Below, piece after piece: positions 9,427 to 19,087 of a stretch of 64,000 nt of DNA (positions are counted from its first letter, which is position 1; the number at the start of each line of letters is the position of its first letter). The stretch spans positions 569,803 through 633,802 of the forward strand of contig JAJACK010000001.1 in NCBI GenBank assembly GCA_022601535.1, given 5' to 3'. Position numbers and translations under genes: made by a program. The DNA comes from Chlamydiales bacterium. GTDB lineage: Bacteria > Chlamydiota > Chlamydiia > Chlamydiales > JAAKFR01. A model generated the notes under the pieces. That model was not told where the DNA came from and ran no database searches. It saw nothing but the letters and a program-made list of their open reading frames with translations.

Positions 9427-10061
9427 TTCCTTCCTTTGTTTTCAAAGAAGTTACGGAAGGCGCCTTCTAGAGCATTCATCTGACTATCGAGTTGAGCATT
9501 GATAATTCCCACCTCTGTTTCAATGATACATCCTCCCTGAGCAACATCATCTCTTGCTGAGATTGCAAGTGACTCGAGGTGTTCGAAAATCTTCTTGAGA
9601 TCGTTGCGATTCTTTTCGAGTCGTTCTAGGTCATTTTTATTGACAAAGAGGGCAATTTTTTTGTGTTGACTGACAGGTTTAAGAGCTGTGGTTACAATAT
9701 CTAAGATTGTAGCAGGCTTCTGTTCCAGTTCTTTTCCAATGATTTTCTTCACGGCAGTCAACGCAAGAGGGACGATAGAGTGGGCAATTTCTTCTCGTGT
9801 TTTTTTCAATTCAGATTCTAAAAAAGCAATTTGTGCGTTCCACTTCTCAAGCCCTTCCTGCGACCCTTTTTCCTCACTTTGAGCTTTGATTTGAGCAGCT
9901 TCTTTTTCGAGTTGCTCCTTGGATTCAATCTCTTTTTTTTCAATCTCTTCAATAAGTTGAGAAGCGGATAAAAATTGGGCAAATTCTTCTTCAGGGATCA
10001 CTTTAGTATCCCCGTTTATATGCACCTCTTTTGATTTATCTATGATGCAAAAAAATTTCAT
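9423..10061 (-). CDS. sctL: T3SS stator protein SctL (CdsL/YscL)
   Basis: 212 aa with a coiled-coil N-half and a FliH/YscL-like C-terminus (GGCIIETEVGIINAQLDSQMNALE). It sits in the conserved position between the CT560-like gene and sctR. Confidence 0.75.
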   Translation of the reverse strand: MKFFCIIDKSKEVHINGDTKVIPEEEFAQFLSASQLIEEIEKKEIESKEQLEKEAAQIKAQSEEKGSQEGLEKWNAQIAFLESELKKTREEIAHSIVPLALTAVKKIIGKELEQKPATILDIVTTALKPVSQHKKIALFVNKNDLERLEKNRNDLKKIFEHLESLAISARDDVAQGGCIIETEVGIINAQLDSQMNALEGAFRNFFENKGRK

Positions 10062-10903
10062 TTAAACCTTTTCGTGATGTCAAATATTTGATCTTGGAAA
10101 AAAGCAGCCAAGTTGGATTCACTCCCCACTTGGAGCTCTTTTTCGATCACCCTTCCTCTGCTTGTATCAAAACGGCGAACTAAATGCCACTGATAGCTCT
10201 GATCTTCATTCACAATTGCTTTGGCAAGCCTTATAAGTCCTCTTTGGTGGAGGAGAGAAGAGAGGCTCTTTTTTTCTCCATTCCATCCAGTCAATCCAAT
10301 TTTTGGAGAGACCCACTTTGAAGGTTGTTTGCTACATTTTTGGAGAAATTTCAGTTCAGCAGGAGTTAAGGTTGCATGCACTTTTTTGATCATCGATTGA
10401 TCCACAACTTGGCGGAGGTCAGCGGCTAAATCATGTAGTCCCAAAAAATCGATGAGGCAGAGGAGTTGTTTTTGGCTCATCTTTAATAAGCTGTTCATTT
10501 TAGAGGTAGGGATAAGCTCCTCTGGTAGGATATCTTCAGGTTGCATCGCCTGCTTTAGATAAGAAGAGAGATAGAGTTGTGTAAAAAAGCTGAGCTTCTT
10601 AGGAGAGAGGGAGAGAGCAAAGAGCTTGTTGATGCCACTGATTTGTTTAGAAGAAAAAAGGGAAAGGAAAAGAGGAAGACTCTCTTGTGGCAACTCTTTA
10701 AGAGAGGGGTGAAACCACGAGTAGTGGATATGAGCCATCCATTTTTTTTGGCATAGAAGAGAAGTAAAATCGATTGAATCGGGGTTGGGTCTCTCTTTAA
10801 TTGCATTCTCAGTTTCTTGAGGAAGGAAACGGAGTAGAGAATCGTCTTGAGAAAAGTGCTGTAATAGTGCTTTTAGCATCACCTGTGTTTTGAATTTTTC
10901 CAC
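10058..10903 (-). CDS. Hypothetical protein in the CT560 position (candidate SctK-like sorting-platform component)
   Basis: 281-aa soluble ORF, translationally coupled on both sides (sctJ stop/start overlap and sctL overlap). The assignment rests on position only. Confidence 0.45.
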   Translation of the reverse strand: MEKFKTQVMLKALLQHFSQDDSLLRFLPQETENAIKERPNPDSIDFTSLLCQKKWMAHIHYSWFHPSLKELPQESLPLFLSLFSSKQISGINKLFALSLSPKKLSFFTQLYLSSYLKQAMQPEDILPEELIPTSKMNSLLKMSQKQLLCLIDFLGLHDLAADLRQVVDQSMIKKVHATLTPAELKFLQKCSKQPSKWVSPKIGLTGWNGEKKSLSSLLHQRGLIRLAKAIVNEDQSYQWHLVRRFDTSRGRVIEKELQVGSESNLAAFFQDQIFDITKRFK

Positions 10904-11808
10904 TATTCACTCTCCTCCTCCTCAGTCGATATCTCCTCTTCACTACTTACAGCCTCTTCTAAATCGTCTGCATGAGTTCCAAGAGCAGCATCAAATGGTT
11001 TAGAGCTAAAGAGAGTTTTCAGCCCATTTTTTGTGATCAAGGGATAGACTTTCCAAACCATCCAAACCCCAAAACAGAGGAAAAGAAAGAGAAAAATGAT
11101 AAAGAAGTAGAGAATTGTGCGTAAGAGAGGAATGGAGCTCTTTGTCACTAAAACACCCCACATCATAGCAAGGTCATGCCCCTCTTCTCGCTGCAGGCTA
11201 TCGAGTGAAATTTCTGAAATCAGAGCGCGATCACCAACGACGGAGACATTTTCTACGCTTAAACCGGGAAGAGAACTTGAAATAAGCCTTTTGATTTTAG
11301 TCACCATAAGGCTGTTGGGGTTGTCTAAGACCCCGCGGTGTTTGACATAGACAGATGCGGTTAAAACCTCAGCTTCATCTTCGGGGAAAGTGATTTGAAC
11401 GTTGGCATCTAAAATACCATCCATCTTTCGAATTGTCATGGCAAGCTGTTCAGAAAGCCCTTCTTGGTAGCGGATTTTATTTTGCAATTCTGAAGGAACA
11501 AGTCCCTGATTACCAAAAAGGTCGAGCAAACTCGTCCCTTTTACACGGGGCAAACCGGCTTGATTGAGGACAGAGAGTGCATCGGTGATGTTTGCTGCAG
11601 GGACAGTGATATTCCACAGCTGCACAGAGCTAACTGCACCCCCACCACCTGAAGCAGCAGCGATTTTTTGTGCATCAATCCCTCGACTTGCAAGGAGGAC
11701 TACAATCTCATTTGCTTCACGTTCAGGGAGGTTATTTGCAATAACAGTACTTGTGTTACAACTAGTTACAACAAAAACAAGGGAGAGGATTAAGAAAATA
11801 TGTCTCAT
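10903..11808 (-). CDS. sctJ: T3SS inner-membrane ring lipoprotein SctJ (CdsJ/YscJ)
   Basis: 301 aa with a lipobox (VFVVTSC) and the YscJ/FliF motif (LPEREANEIVVLLASRGIDAQK...LNQAGLPR). It has a C-terminal TM and an acidic tail. Confidence 0.85.
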   Translation of the reverse strand: MRHIFLILSLVFVVTSCNTSTVIANNLPEREANEIVVLLASRGIDAQKIAAASGGGGAVSSVQLWNITVPAANITDALSVLNQAGLPRVKGTSLLDLFGNQGLVPSELQNKIRYQEGLSEQLAMTIRKMDGILDANVQITFPEDEAEVLTASVYVKHRGVLDNPNSLMVTKIKRLISSSLPGLSVENVSVVGDRALISEISLDSLQREEGHDLAMMWGVLVTKSSIPLLRTILYFFIIFLFLFLCFGVWMVWKVYPLITKNGLKTLFSSKPFDAALGTHADDLEEAVSSEEEISTEEEESE

Positions 11809-11886
11809 CTAGCGTCACGATATCACAAGAGGAAATTAGTCCCAAACAATTTACTAGGGAGTGACCCATATTGATCATACACTCTT

Positions 11887-12753
11887 TTAAGCTTCGCAGA
11901 GGCATTGGAGGTAGTTGATCAACATGGGAGCTTTTTGGACATCGTCATTTTCCAATTCAGCCAGTGCTGCACTTTTAACTTCAGGGTCTGGGATAAAAGT
12001 GGAAAGAGCAAACGCTGCATTCTCATTGTCATTTGTAAGAGGACGTCCTTTCAACCGATTGAGGAGGAAGTGTTTTGCTTTCTCTCCCATCTCTGCAAAG
12101 ACATCTAGAAGGATGTCTTCTTCAAAAAGCATCTCTCTTCCAAACATTTCAAAAAGGGGAATTAAAGCTGTTGAATCGCCGATTTTTCCAAGGCAAATAG
12201 CGGCGAGATAAGGAGCATAACCATAGCCTGGGAAAAGGGGATCATATGCATCATCAGAGGTGATAATTTGAATCAGATCGGGAACGATGTTTTCTTTTAG
12301 CAAGACAACTTCCTCAATCTCATGTAGAGGCTCATCTTCTTCGGTCAAAATAAGATCAGCGATGAGTCTTGGAATCTTCATTTGGGGAGAGTCTTCAAGT
12401 TCATACACCTCTTTTAACTTTGCATAAGCCGTGCGGCATCGAGCTATTTGCTCCATTTCAGAGGCCGTTAGCAACATTGCTGCTAAATTATTTCCCGTCT
12501 CTCTTTCAACTTCATAGAGATATTGGATCCGCTCCAGATCAAAGCTTGGGTCAATTCCAATATGGTTTTCATCTTGGTAGTAGTCGAGCATTAAAGCAAA
12601 ATCTCCCCCAAAATGAGCATCCCGCTGCATCAAAATTGCGTGATCCATCTCATCTGTGAGGCCAAATGTTTCTCCTTCTTCTTCAGCTTGAGAAAACTCA
12701 AGAGGAGTGCCGTTCACTTCTTCAAAAATAGATTGAAATGTTTTCTTTTTCAT
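11887..12753 (-). CDS. Hypothetical HEAT/armadillo-like repeat protein
   Basis: 288 aa, acidic. HEAT-like segments are present (AAICLGKIGDSTALIPLFEMF...). The start ATG overlaps the lipA stop (ATGA). Confidence 0.55.
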   Translation of the reverse strand: MKKKTFQSIFEEVNGTPLEFSQAEEEGETFGLTDEMDHAILMQRDAHFGGDFALMLDYYQDENHIGIDPSFDLERIQYLYEVERETGNNLAAMLLTASEMEQIARCRTAYAKLKEVYELEDSPQMKIPRLIADLILTEEDEPLHEIEEVVLLKENIVPDLIQIITSDDAYDPLFPGYGYAPYLAAICLGKIGDSTALIPLFEMFGREMLFEEDILLDVFAEMGEKAKHFLLNRLKGRPLTNDNENAAFALSTFIPDPEVKSAALAELENDDVQKAPMLINYLQCLCEA

Positions 12754-13685
12754 TGTACCTCTTTAAAAACCTCAGCTGCATTATAACTCGAACGGACAAA
12801 GGGACCTGAAAAAACATAGTCCACTCCGATGGAATGTCCATATTCCGCAAAGGAATCGAATTGTTCAGGAGTGATAAAAGATTTCACCCGGAGTTTATTC
12901 CGGTTGGCTTGTAAATATTGGCCAATAGTGATGATTTGACACCCTACACCATGGAGATCATCGATCGTCTCTTTGACTTGATCCTCACTCTCTCCTAGTC
13001 CAACCATCAATCCTGATTTAATTTTAATTCCATCTCCTCGCTTTTTTACAAAATGGAGCACTTCTAATGTTCTGTCGTAAGTCGCTTTGTGGCGCACCCT
13101 AGAGCTCAACGCACGCACTGTTTCGATATTATGGTTGAAGATCTGCGGCTTTACATCCAAGACAACTTCTAATGCTTCCTCATTTCCACAAAAATCTGAT
13201 GTGAGAACTTCGATGGTTGCATGTGGATTTAAATCACGTATAGCGCAGATGATTGAAGCTAGGTGGGATGCTCCCCCATCAGCAATATCATCACGGGCAA
13301 CCATTGTGATGACAACATGCTTGAGCCCAAGCTCTAGAACAGATTTTGCAATCCGCTCCGGTTCATCTACTTCAAGAGGTTTGGGATTGGCTGCAAAGTC
13401 GATATCACAGAAACCACACGCGCGGGTGCATGCACTTCCCATCGCAAGGAATGTGGCCGTTTTTTTTGACCAACACTCGAGAAGATTGGGGCATTTTGCC
13501 TCTTCACATACAGTAGGGAGGCGGTGTGTCCCAAGGATTCCTTGGGTCTCCCAAAGGGTATTTGTTTGGGGGAGGTCTCGATGGAGCCATTTGGGAAAAC
13601 GGCCAAGCCCAACACCACTCTGCTCTTGTTTGTCTGGATTTTCAGGGAGAACATTGAGTCGTTTTTTGCTCTTACATTCACCCAT
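12750..13685 (-). CDS. lipA: Lipoyl synthase LipA (radical SAM)
   Basis: Motifs CEEAKCPNLLECW and CTRACGFC. I chose the start at the internal ATG 13685 (MGECKSKK) because the longer ORF (to 13784) would overlap lpdA by 107 nt. Confidence 0.9.
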   Translation of the reverse strand: MGECKSKKRLNVLPENPDKQEQSGVGLGRFPKWLHRDLPQTNTLWETQGILGTHRLPTVCEEAKCPNLLECWSKKTATFLAMGSACTRACGFCDIDFAANPKPLEVDEPERIAKSVLELGLKHVVITMVARDDIADGGASHLASIICAIRDLNPHATIEVLTSDFCGNEEALEVVLDVKPQIFNHNIETVRALSSRVRHKATYDRTLEVLHFVKKRGDGIKIKSGLMVGLGESEDQVKETIDDLHGVGCQIITIGQYLQANRNKLRVKSFITPEQFDSFAEYGHSIGVDYVFSGPFVRSSYNAAEVFKEVQ

Positions 13686-15090
13686 TTTTCTTCCTGGGAG
13701 GAAGGTGAAGGGGCATGTCACTTGCCAAGAAAGCTGCTTCCATCCACGCTTCAGCAATTGTGGGATGGGCGTGGATTGTTTCATTGATCGAATGAATTGT
13801 CAGTTCATTTCCAATTGCAACAGCCATTTCAGCAATAAGTGTTGAAGCTTCATGCCCAACCACTTGCGCTCCTAATATTTGGCCTGTTGTCTTCTCTATT
13901 ACAATTTGAGCAAACCCTTCTGTAGCAATTGCCGCTTGAGCTTTTCCCAAAGCTTGGAAGGGAAATTTGCCAATCTGAGCGTCGTATCCCTCTTCAATTG
14001 CTTGTTCTAAAGAGAGCCCAATTGTTCCAATCTCAGGGTCAGTAAAGATGACAGAGGGGACAGCATTGTAGTTCATTTGGGCGGAGTGGCCAGCAGCGTT
14101 ATCAGCTGCAATCATTCCTTGGTGAGAGGCGACATGGGCTAAGATCCATTTTCCTGTGATATCACCGATTGCATAGATATTAGGGACATTGGTTTCGAGT
14201 TTATCAGTTGTGGGAATCGATCCATCTTTTTCAACAATGACTCCTGCTTTTTCAAGACCAATAGCATCGGTGTTGTATTTTCTTCCAACAGAGATGAGAG
14301 CCATATCAGCACTCAATTTTCGCCCATCGGCAAGAGAAAAAGTGACAGATGTGTCATCTGTCTCCATTTTTTCAATGACAGCTCCTGTTTCCACCTGGAT
14401 TCCACGTCCCTTAAAGGATTTTGCCAAAACAGATGAAACGCTTTTTGGTTCTGTAGGCAAAATAGAGGGAAGAAGTTCGATAATCGTCACATCTACGTCA
14501 AATGCGTTGTGGAGACAAGCAAACTCACATCCGATCACTCCCCCTCCTACGATGATGAGTTTTTTCGGGAGTTTTGAGATATTGAGAAGGGAGGTTGAAT
14601 CATGAACGATCTTATGATCATATGGCATACTGGGAAGGGCTTTTGGTTCTGATCCAGTTGCAATGATTGCATGTTTAAACTGGATGAGACAACTCTCCTC
14701 ACCTGTCACTTTAATCTCGTGCGGAGAAGTGAATTTCCCAAACCCTCGGATTACGGTGATTTGATTGCTGGCAATCAATCCAGTGAGCCCCTTTCGAATA
14801 TTTCCGACAACCGAATCTTTTCGTTCTTTCATTTGGGCGTAGTCAAAGGAGACTCCTTCGACTTGGATGCCATATTTTTCCGCTTCTTGGATTTTTCGTA
14901 AAACATCCGCATTTGCAATCAATGCTTTTGAAGGGATACACCCTCGGTTTAGGCAAGTTCCACCTAAATCTCCAGCTTCGATTAAAGCTGTTTTCAATCC
15001 CCGTTGAGCTCCCCGAATTGCGGCGACATACCCTCCAGGTCCACTTCCAATGATGACTAAGTCAAATTCTTTTTTTTCCATGGAGAACAA
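13678..15090 (-). CDS. lpdA: Dihydrolipoyl dehydrogenase LpdA
   Basis: FAD-binding GSGPGGY, redox-active GGTCLNRGCIPSK and a C-terminal HAHPT motif. The track start is TTG at 15090; ATG at 15081 is an alternative. Confidence 0.93.
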   Translation of the reverse strand: MFSMEKKEFDLVIIGSGPGGYVAAIRGAQRGLKTALIEAGDLGGTCLNRGCIPSKALIANADVLRKIQEAEKYGIQVEGVSFDYAQMKERKDSVVGNIRKGLTGLIASNQITVIRGFGKFTSPHEIKVTGEESCLIQFKHAIIATGSEPKALPSMPYDHKIVHDSTSLLNISKLPKKLIIVGGGVIGCEFACLHNAFDVDVTIIELLPSILPTEPKSVSSVLAKSFKGRGIQVETGAVIEKMETDDTSVTFSLADGRKLSADMALISVGRKYNTDAIGLEKAGVIVEKDGSIPTTDKLETNVPNIYAIGDITGKWILAHVASHQGMIAADNAAGHSAQMNYNAVPSVIFTDPEIGTIGLSLEQAIEEGYDAQIGKFPFQALGKAQAAIATEGFAQIVIEKTTGQILGAQVVGHEASTLIAEMAVAIGNELTIHSINETIHAHPTIAEAWMEAAFLASDMPLHLPPRKKNG

Positions 15091-15152
15091 TATATCAAAA
15101 AAGCGGTTTTTTTGCTTGTTCCATCTCTATCTTGTATGTAAAATTTTAAAAT

Positions 15153-15590
15153 ATGAAGAAAAATGAAAAAAGACTTTGTTGGAATTGTGATGGAGATGTG
15201 AGTCTACATCTTAACGACTGCCCTTTCTGTGGAGTGAGCTTAAGCCAACCGGAAGAGAAAAAACAGCCTTATAATGGACTTGGAGACCCTTTTCAAAAAG
15301 CGCCTGCAGCTCCATACCAGCAAGAGAATAACCTCTCTGTTTCAAAAGAAGAGTGGGAGCACGCACTCAATGAAGAAGAGGAACAAACTCCAAAGACATC
15401 AGCTCGACACGAAGTGATTGCACTTCTATTGCTTCTTCCTGGGATCGTTTTTTGCCTCTTCGGCTTGTTGCTCCTTCTTTTTTCAGACGATGGAACACTC
15501 ACACTTCACTGGAATCAAAATCTCGCTTACTTCTACTTTCTCGGTGCTGTTCCCCTCATTTACCTTGGATGGCGTGCTGTAGGGAAATGA
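15153..15590 (+). CDS. Zinc-ribbon membrane protein (hypothetical; CT556 position)
   Basis: 145 aa with an N-terminal CWNC...CPFC zinc ribbon and two C-terminal TM segments. Confidence 0.6.
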   Translation: MKKNEKRLCWNCDGDVSLHLNDCPFCGVSLSQPEEKKQPYNGLGDPFQKAPAAPYQQENNLSVSKEEWEHALNEEEEQTPKTSARHEVIALLLLLPGIVFCLFGLLLLLFSDDGTLTLHWNQNLAYFYFLGAVPLIYLGWRAVGK

Positions 15591-15612
15591 GGGACTACAT
15601 CTCTGTAGTCCC
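15591..15612. terminator. Perfect 9-bp stem hairpin between convergent genes, followed by a second 6-bp hairpin at 15616-15633
   Basis: GGGACTACA-TCTC-TGTAGTCCC starts 1 nt after the stop at 15590. GTCTTC-AACCCG-GAAGAC follows. No strong U-run on either strand. Confidence 0.4.
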
Positions 15613-15649
15613 CCTGTCTTCAACCCGGAAGACGAAAGTGAGGATTTTT

Positions 15650-15844
15650 CTAGCAAGTATTTTTTGGATTTAGAGGAGGAACTCTAAACTCAGGAGGCGT
15701 TGGAGTAGGCTCCTTAGAATCGGACTTCTGAAGATCCTCTTGGCTAATAGAACCGAAGAACTGATTATTCCCACTCTCATTTGCAAAGAGTGTAGCTCCG
15801 CAACAAAGTACGGTTAAACATGCTGTTAGAAAGTGTTTTTTCAT
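15650..15844 (-). CDS. Small secreted protein (hypothetical)
   Basis: 64 aa with a signal-peptide-like N-terminus (MKKHFLTACLTVLCCGATLFA), a Pro-rich tail and an AAGGAA upstream. The only support is ORF plus signal peptide. Confidence 0.4.
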   Translation of the reverse strand: MKKHFLTACLTVLCCGATLFANESGNNQFFGSISQEDLQKSDSKEPTPTPPEFRVPPLNPKNTC

Positions 15845-15950
15845 AGCGCATTCCTTTGTTTGGTTAACAATTGCTTAACAAACACGATAGAGGATTTAAT
15901 CTTTTAAGAAAAGGTTAAGGGCAAAAAATATTTTAAGATACTGGTGCTAT

Positions 15951-18900
15951 TCAGGTTGTTTCGTAAGTTGCACCGCAACATTTTTTGTATTTTTTACCAC
16001 TTTTGCATGGACATGGGTCGTTTCGTCCAATTTTTGGATCGGAAGAGAAAGAAACGGGAGGTTTCTTTTCTACTTGTTCGATTTCTTTTTCTGGGGGAGG
16101 TTCATCAAAGATGAGTCGATTCGACTCGAGATTGACCTCAGCGAGCATTTCTTGGAAGAGGTTTTGTTTTGGACTAGCGATTTCAACTTTAAAAACATTC
16201 CGTGCAGCTTCTGTTTGGAGTTGTGTTGAGAGGGCATCGAAGAGGATGAATGCCTCATGTTTAAATTCGAGCAGAGGATCCCGTTGTGCAACAGCACGGA
16301 GAGAGACTTCTGAGCGAAGGTAATCCATGACGAGCAGGTGTTCTTGCCAAAGCTCGTCTATTTTGTGGACAATGACAGAACGGATTGCGTCTTGTGCAAC
16401 TAACTTGGGATCGTATTGAGGGCCGAGTTCCGCTGCTTTTTCCATTTCATGATGGAATTTTTGATCAAAAGCATCGAGAATTTTTTTAACAGCGGTCTCT
16501 TCAATTTGTTCAACAGTGAGGAGGTCATCATCGAAAATCCCTTCATCAAAATTGACGGGGAAGGAGCTCATCAACCACTCTCGGAATCCTTCGGCATCCC
16601 ACCCTCCTTCTTCCCCTTTGGAGACAAAGAACTCACCAGCCTTGGCGAGCAATACATTTTCAAGGAGCTGGTGGGCATGTGGAACAACATCTTCACACCG
16701 AAGAATTTCATTGCGGAAGCTGTAGATCTCTTGACGTTGCTTATTCATCACATCGTCGTATTCAAGGGTATGCTTCCGCATGGTGTAATTGCGTGATTCA
16801 ACCCGTTTTTGTGCTGTTTGAATCGATCGGTTTAAAATAGAAGCTGAAATAGGTTCTCCCTCTGGGGGGCGGAACTTTTGGATCAATGTATTGAGTCTTG
16901 GGGATGCAAAGAGACGCATGAGTGGATCTTCAAAAGAGATGTAGAAGATTGAGGAGCCTGGGTCTCCAAGTCTAGCCGAGCGGCCTCGCAGTTGACGGTC
17001 GGTTCGTCTCGATTGGTGACGTGTTGTCCCAACGACATGCAGCCCCCCAAGCTGAGCAACATCCTCTTGCAGTTTGATGTCGGTTCCTCGTCCTGCCATA
17101 TTGGTTGCGACAGTGACAGCTCCGTGCGCTCCAGCTTGAGCAATGATTTCAGCCTCTTGGGCGTGGTTTTTTGCATTGAGAACAGAGTGGGGGATCTGTT
17201 TTTGTTTTAAGATGCGGGAGAGCTTTTCTGAGACATCTACCGACTCTGTTCCAATCAAAATAGGGCGCCCTTTCTCATGCACTTCTGAAATCCCTTTCAA
17301 AATGGCTTGATATTTTTCCCTTTCTGTCATGTAGATTTCATCATGAGCATCGGTTCTTTTACACGGTTTATAGGTCGGAATTTGAAGGACATCGAGCTTG
17401 TAGATCTCTTTGAATTCATTTGCCTCTGTAATGGCTGTTCCTGTCATCCCAGCGAGCTTTTCATACATCCGGAAGTAATTTTGCAATGTGATTGAGGCGT
17501 ATGTCTGCGTCTCTTTTTGAATTTTGACGTCTTCTTTTGCTTCAATGGCTTGATGGAGACCATCTGAGAAACGTCTTCCTGGCTGGGGACGTCCTGTATT
17601 TTCATCGACAATTACAATTTTATCTTGGTCCACCATATAGTCGACATCTTTTTCCATAAGAAGATGTGCTCTAAGTAGTTGTCGTAAGTTGTGCGCTCGC
17701 TCTTTTCGGTGGACATCTTCTTCACTGACGGCCAATTTTTTGTTGAATTTTTCATCATCGGTCAGATCGTTATTAGAGTCGATTTTAGCATATTCGTGTC
17801 CAAGGTCTAACATGACAAAATCATCGGACTCTTCCCCAGTCATTTCTGCCCACGCAGCGATCCCTTTATCGGTCAATTCAAATTCATTTCCTCTCTCATC
17901 GACAACCATCATAAGTTCGGCGATGACTTCAGCTTTTTCTTCTTTTGTTTGATCTGAGTGGAAGTAGACATCCCATTTATCGATCTCATTTCTTAAGTCG
18001 GGATTTTCTCGTGCCCGTCTCAAGGTTTTATTTTTGGGATTCCCCTTCCCTACAAGCCACAGCTGCTTACACGCATTTTTAACTTTTTCAAGTTCTTTTT
18101 TATCTGTAGGTAAGCTCTCTTCAGTGAGCCATTTCCCAAGGGCTTTTTGTGCATCACTACTCAACTTTGAACACAATGCTCGTTGCATTTTTACAAGCTT
18201 TGCCGCATCTCCTTTCAGCTGGTCGTACATCTGCATGCTTTGCGGCGTTGGTCCTGAAATGATCAGGGGGGTGCGCGCTTCATCGATCAAAATCGAGTCG
18301 ATTTCATCGATAATGGAAAAGAAGTGCCCTCGTTGCACCTGATCTTCTTTTCGCATTGCCATCGAATTATCTCGCAGGTAGTCGAAACCGAATTCAGAGG
18401 CAGTTCCATAGACGACATCGGCTTGATAGATTTCAGGTCGTTTTTCAGGAGGGGTTGCGTTGGTCAAAACAGCTGTTTTAAGTCCGAGCCAACGTAAAAT
18501 CGAGCCAACCCACTGACAATCTCGGCTACAGAGGTAATCATTGACCGTGACAAGATGGACAGGTTTGCCTGCAAGTGCATTGAGATAGAGAGGCATGGTT
18601 GCAGTGAGTGTCTTCCCCTCTCCAGTTTGCATCTCAGAGATGAAACCGTTGTGGAGGGCGATGGCACCAACGATTTGAACATCGTAGGGGACCATATCCC
18701 ATTTTTGGTCGTATCCAGAGACATGAACTTCTGTTCCCAAGAGCCGTCGACACACATTTTTAACCGTGCCATACGCTTCGGGAAGAAGTTGATCGAGGGA
18801 TTCACCTTGTTGATATCGTTGTTTGAACTCATCGGTTTTTCCCCGGAGTTCTTCATCGGTCAAAGATTGAAACCTTTCATCCCAACGGTTCACATCTGCG

Positions 18901-18971
18901 ACAAGACGCTTAAATCGTTTGACGTGTCGGTCTTGAGAAGACCCAAAAATTTTCTTTATAAATCCAAACAT
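15951..18971 (-). CDS. secA: Preprotein translocase ATPase SecA
   Basis: 1006 aa with DEAD-like motor motifs (MQTGEGKTL, DEIDSILIDEARTPLIISG, TNMAGRGTDIKL) and a C-terminal zinc motif CPCKSGKKYKKCCG. Confidence 0.97.
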   Translation of the reverse strand: MFGFIKKIFGSSQDRHVKRFKRLVADVNRWDERFQSLTDEELRGKTDEFKQRYQQGESLDQLLPEAYGTVKNVCRRLLGTEVHVSGYDQKWDMVPYDVQIVGAIALHNGFISEMQTGEGKTLTATMPLYLNALAGKPVHLVTVNDYLCSRDCQWVGSILRWLGLKTAVLTNATPPEKRPEIYQADVVYGTASEFGFDYLRDNSMAMRKEDQVQRGHFFSIIDEIDSILIDEARTPLIISGPTPQSMQMYDQLKGDAAKLVKMQRALCSKLSSDAQKALGKWLTEESLPTDKKELEKVKNACKQLWLVGKGNPKNKTLRRARENPDLRNEIDKWDVYFHSDQTKEEKAEVIAELMMVVDERGNEFELTDKGIAAWAEMTGEESDDFVMLDLGHEYAKIDSNNDLTDDEKFNKKLAVSEEDVHRKERAHNLRQLLRAHLLMEKDVDYMVDQDKIVIVDENTGRPQPGRRFSDGLHQAIEAKEDVKIQKETQTYASITLQNYFRMYEKLAGMTGTAITEANEFKEIYKLDVLQIPTYKPCKRTDAHDEIYMTEREKYQAILKGISEVHEKGRPILIGTESVDVSEKLSRILKQKQIPHSVLNAKNHAQEAEIIAQAGAHGAVTVATNMAGRGTDIKLQEDVAQLGGLHVVGTTRHQSRRTDRQLRGRSARLGDPGSSIFYISFEDPLMRLFASPRLNTLIQKFRPPEGEPISASILNRSIQTAQKRVESRNYTMRKHTLEYDDVMNKQRQEIYSFRNEILRCEDVVPHAHQLLENVLLAKAGEFFVSKGEEGGWDAEGFREWLMSSFPVNFDEGIFDDDLLTVEQIEETAVKKILDAFDQKFHHEMEKAAELGPQYDPKLVAQDAIRSVIVHKIDELWQEHLLVMDYLRSEVSLRAVAQRDPLLEFKHEAFILFDALSTQLQTEAARNVFKVEIASPKQNLFQEMLAEVNLESNRLIFDEPPPEKEIEQVEKKPPVSFSSDPKIGRNDPCPCKSGKKYKKCCGATYETT

Positions 18972-19087
18972 AGTGGTGTCATTTTAACATCTGCAGCAAG
19001 AATTCTCCACCTAAATTTTCGATGCAACCCTGACGGTTTTATAGACGATCCATATTCTGACGGTTTTAGGATGTCATCCTTAAATAG

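Noticed and set aside
13087-13845. 252-aa plus-strand ORF
   Set aside because: It is antisense to lipA and the 3' end of lpdA, both of which have unambiguous family motifs. The product is Ser/Arg-rich with no motifs, a typical shadow ORF.
15845-15950. Imperfect inverted repeat TGTTTGGTTAAC...CTTAACAAACA upstream of the small secreted ORF and downstream of secA
   Set aside because: The stem is bulged, AT-rich and short. It cannot be distinguished from chance in AT-rich intergenic DNA.
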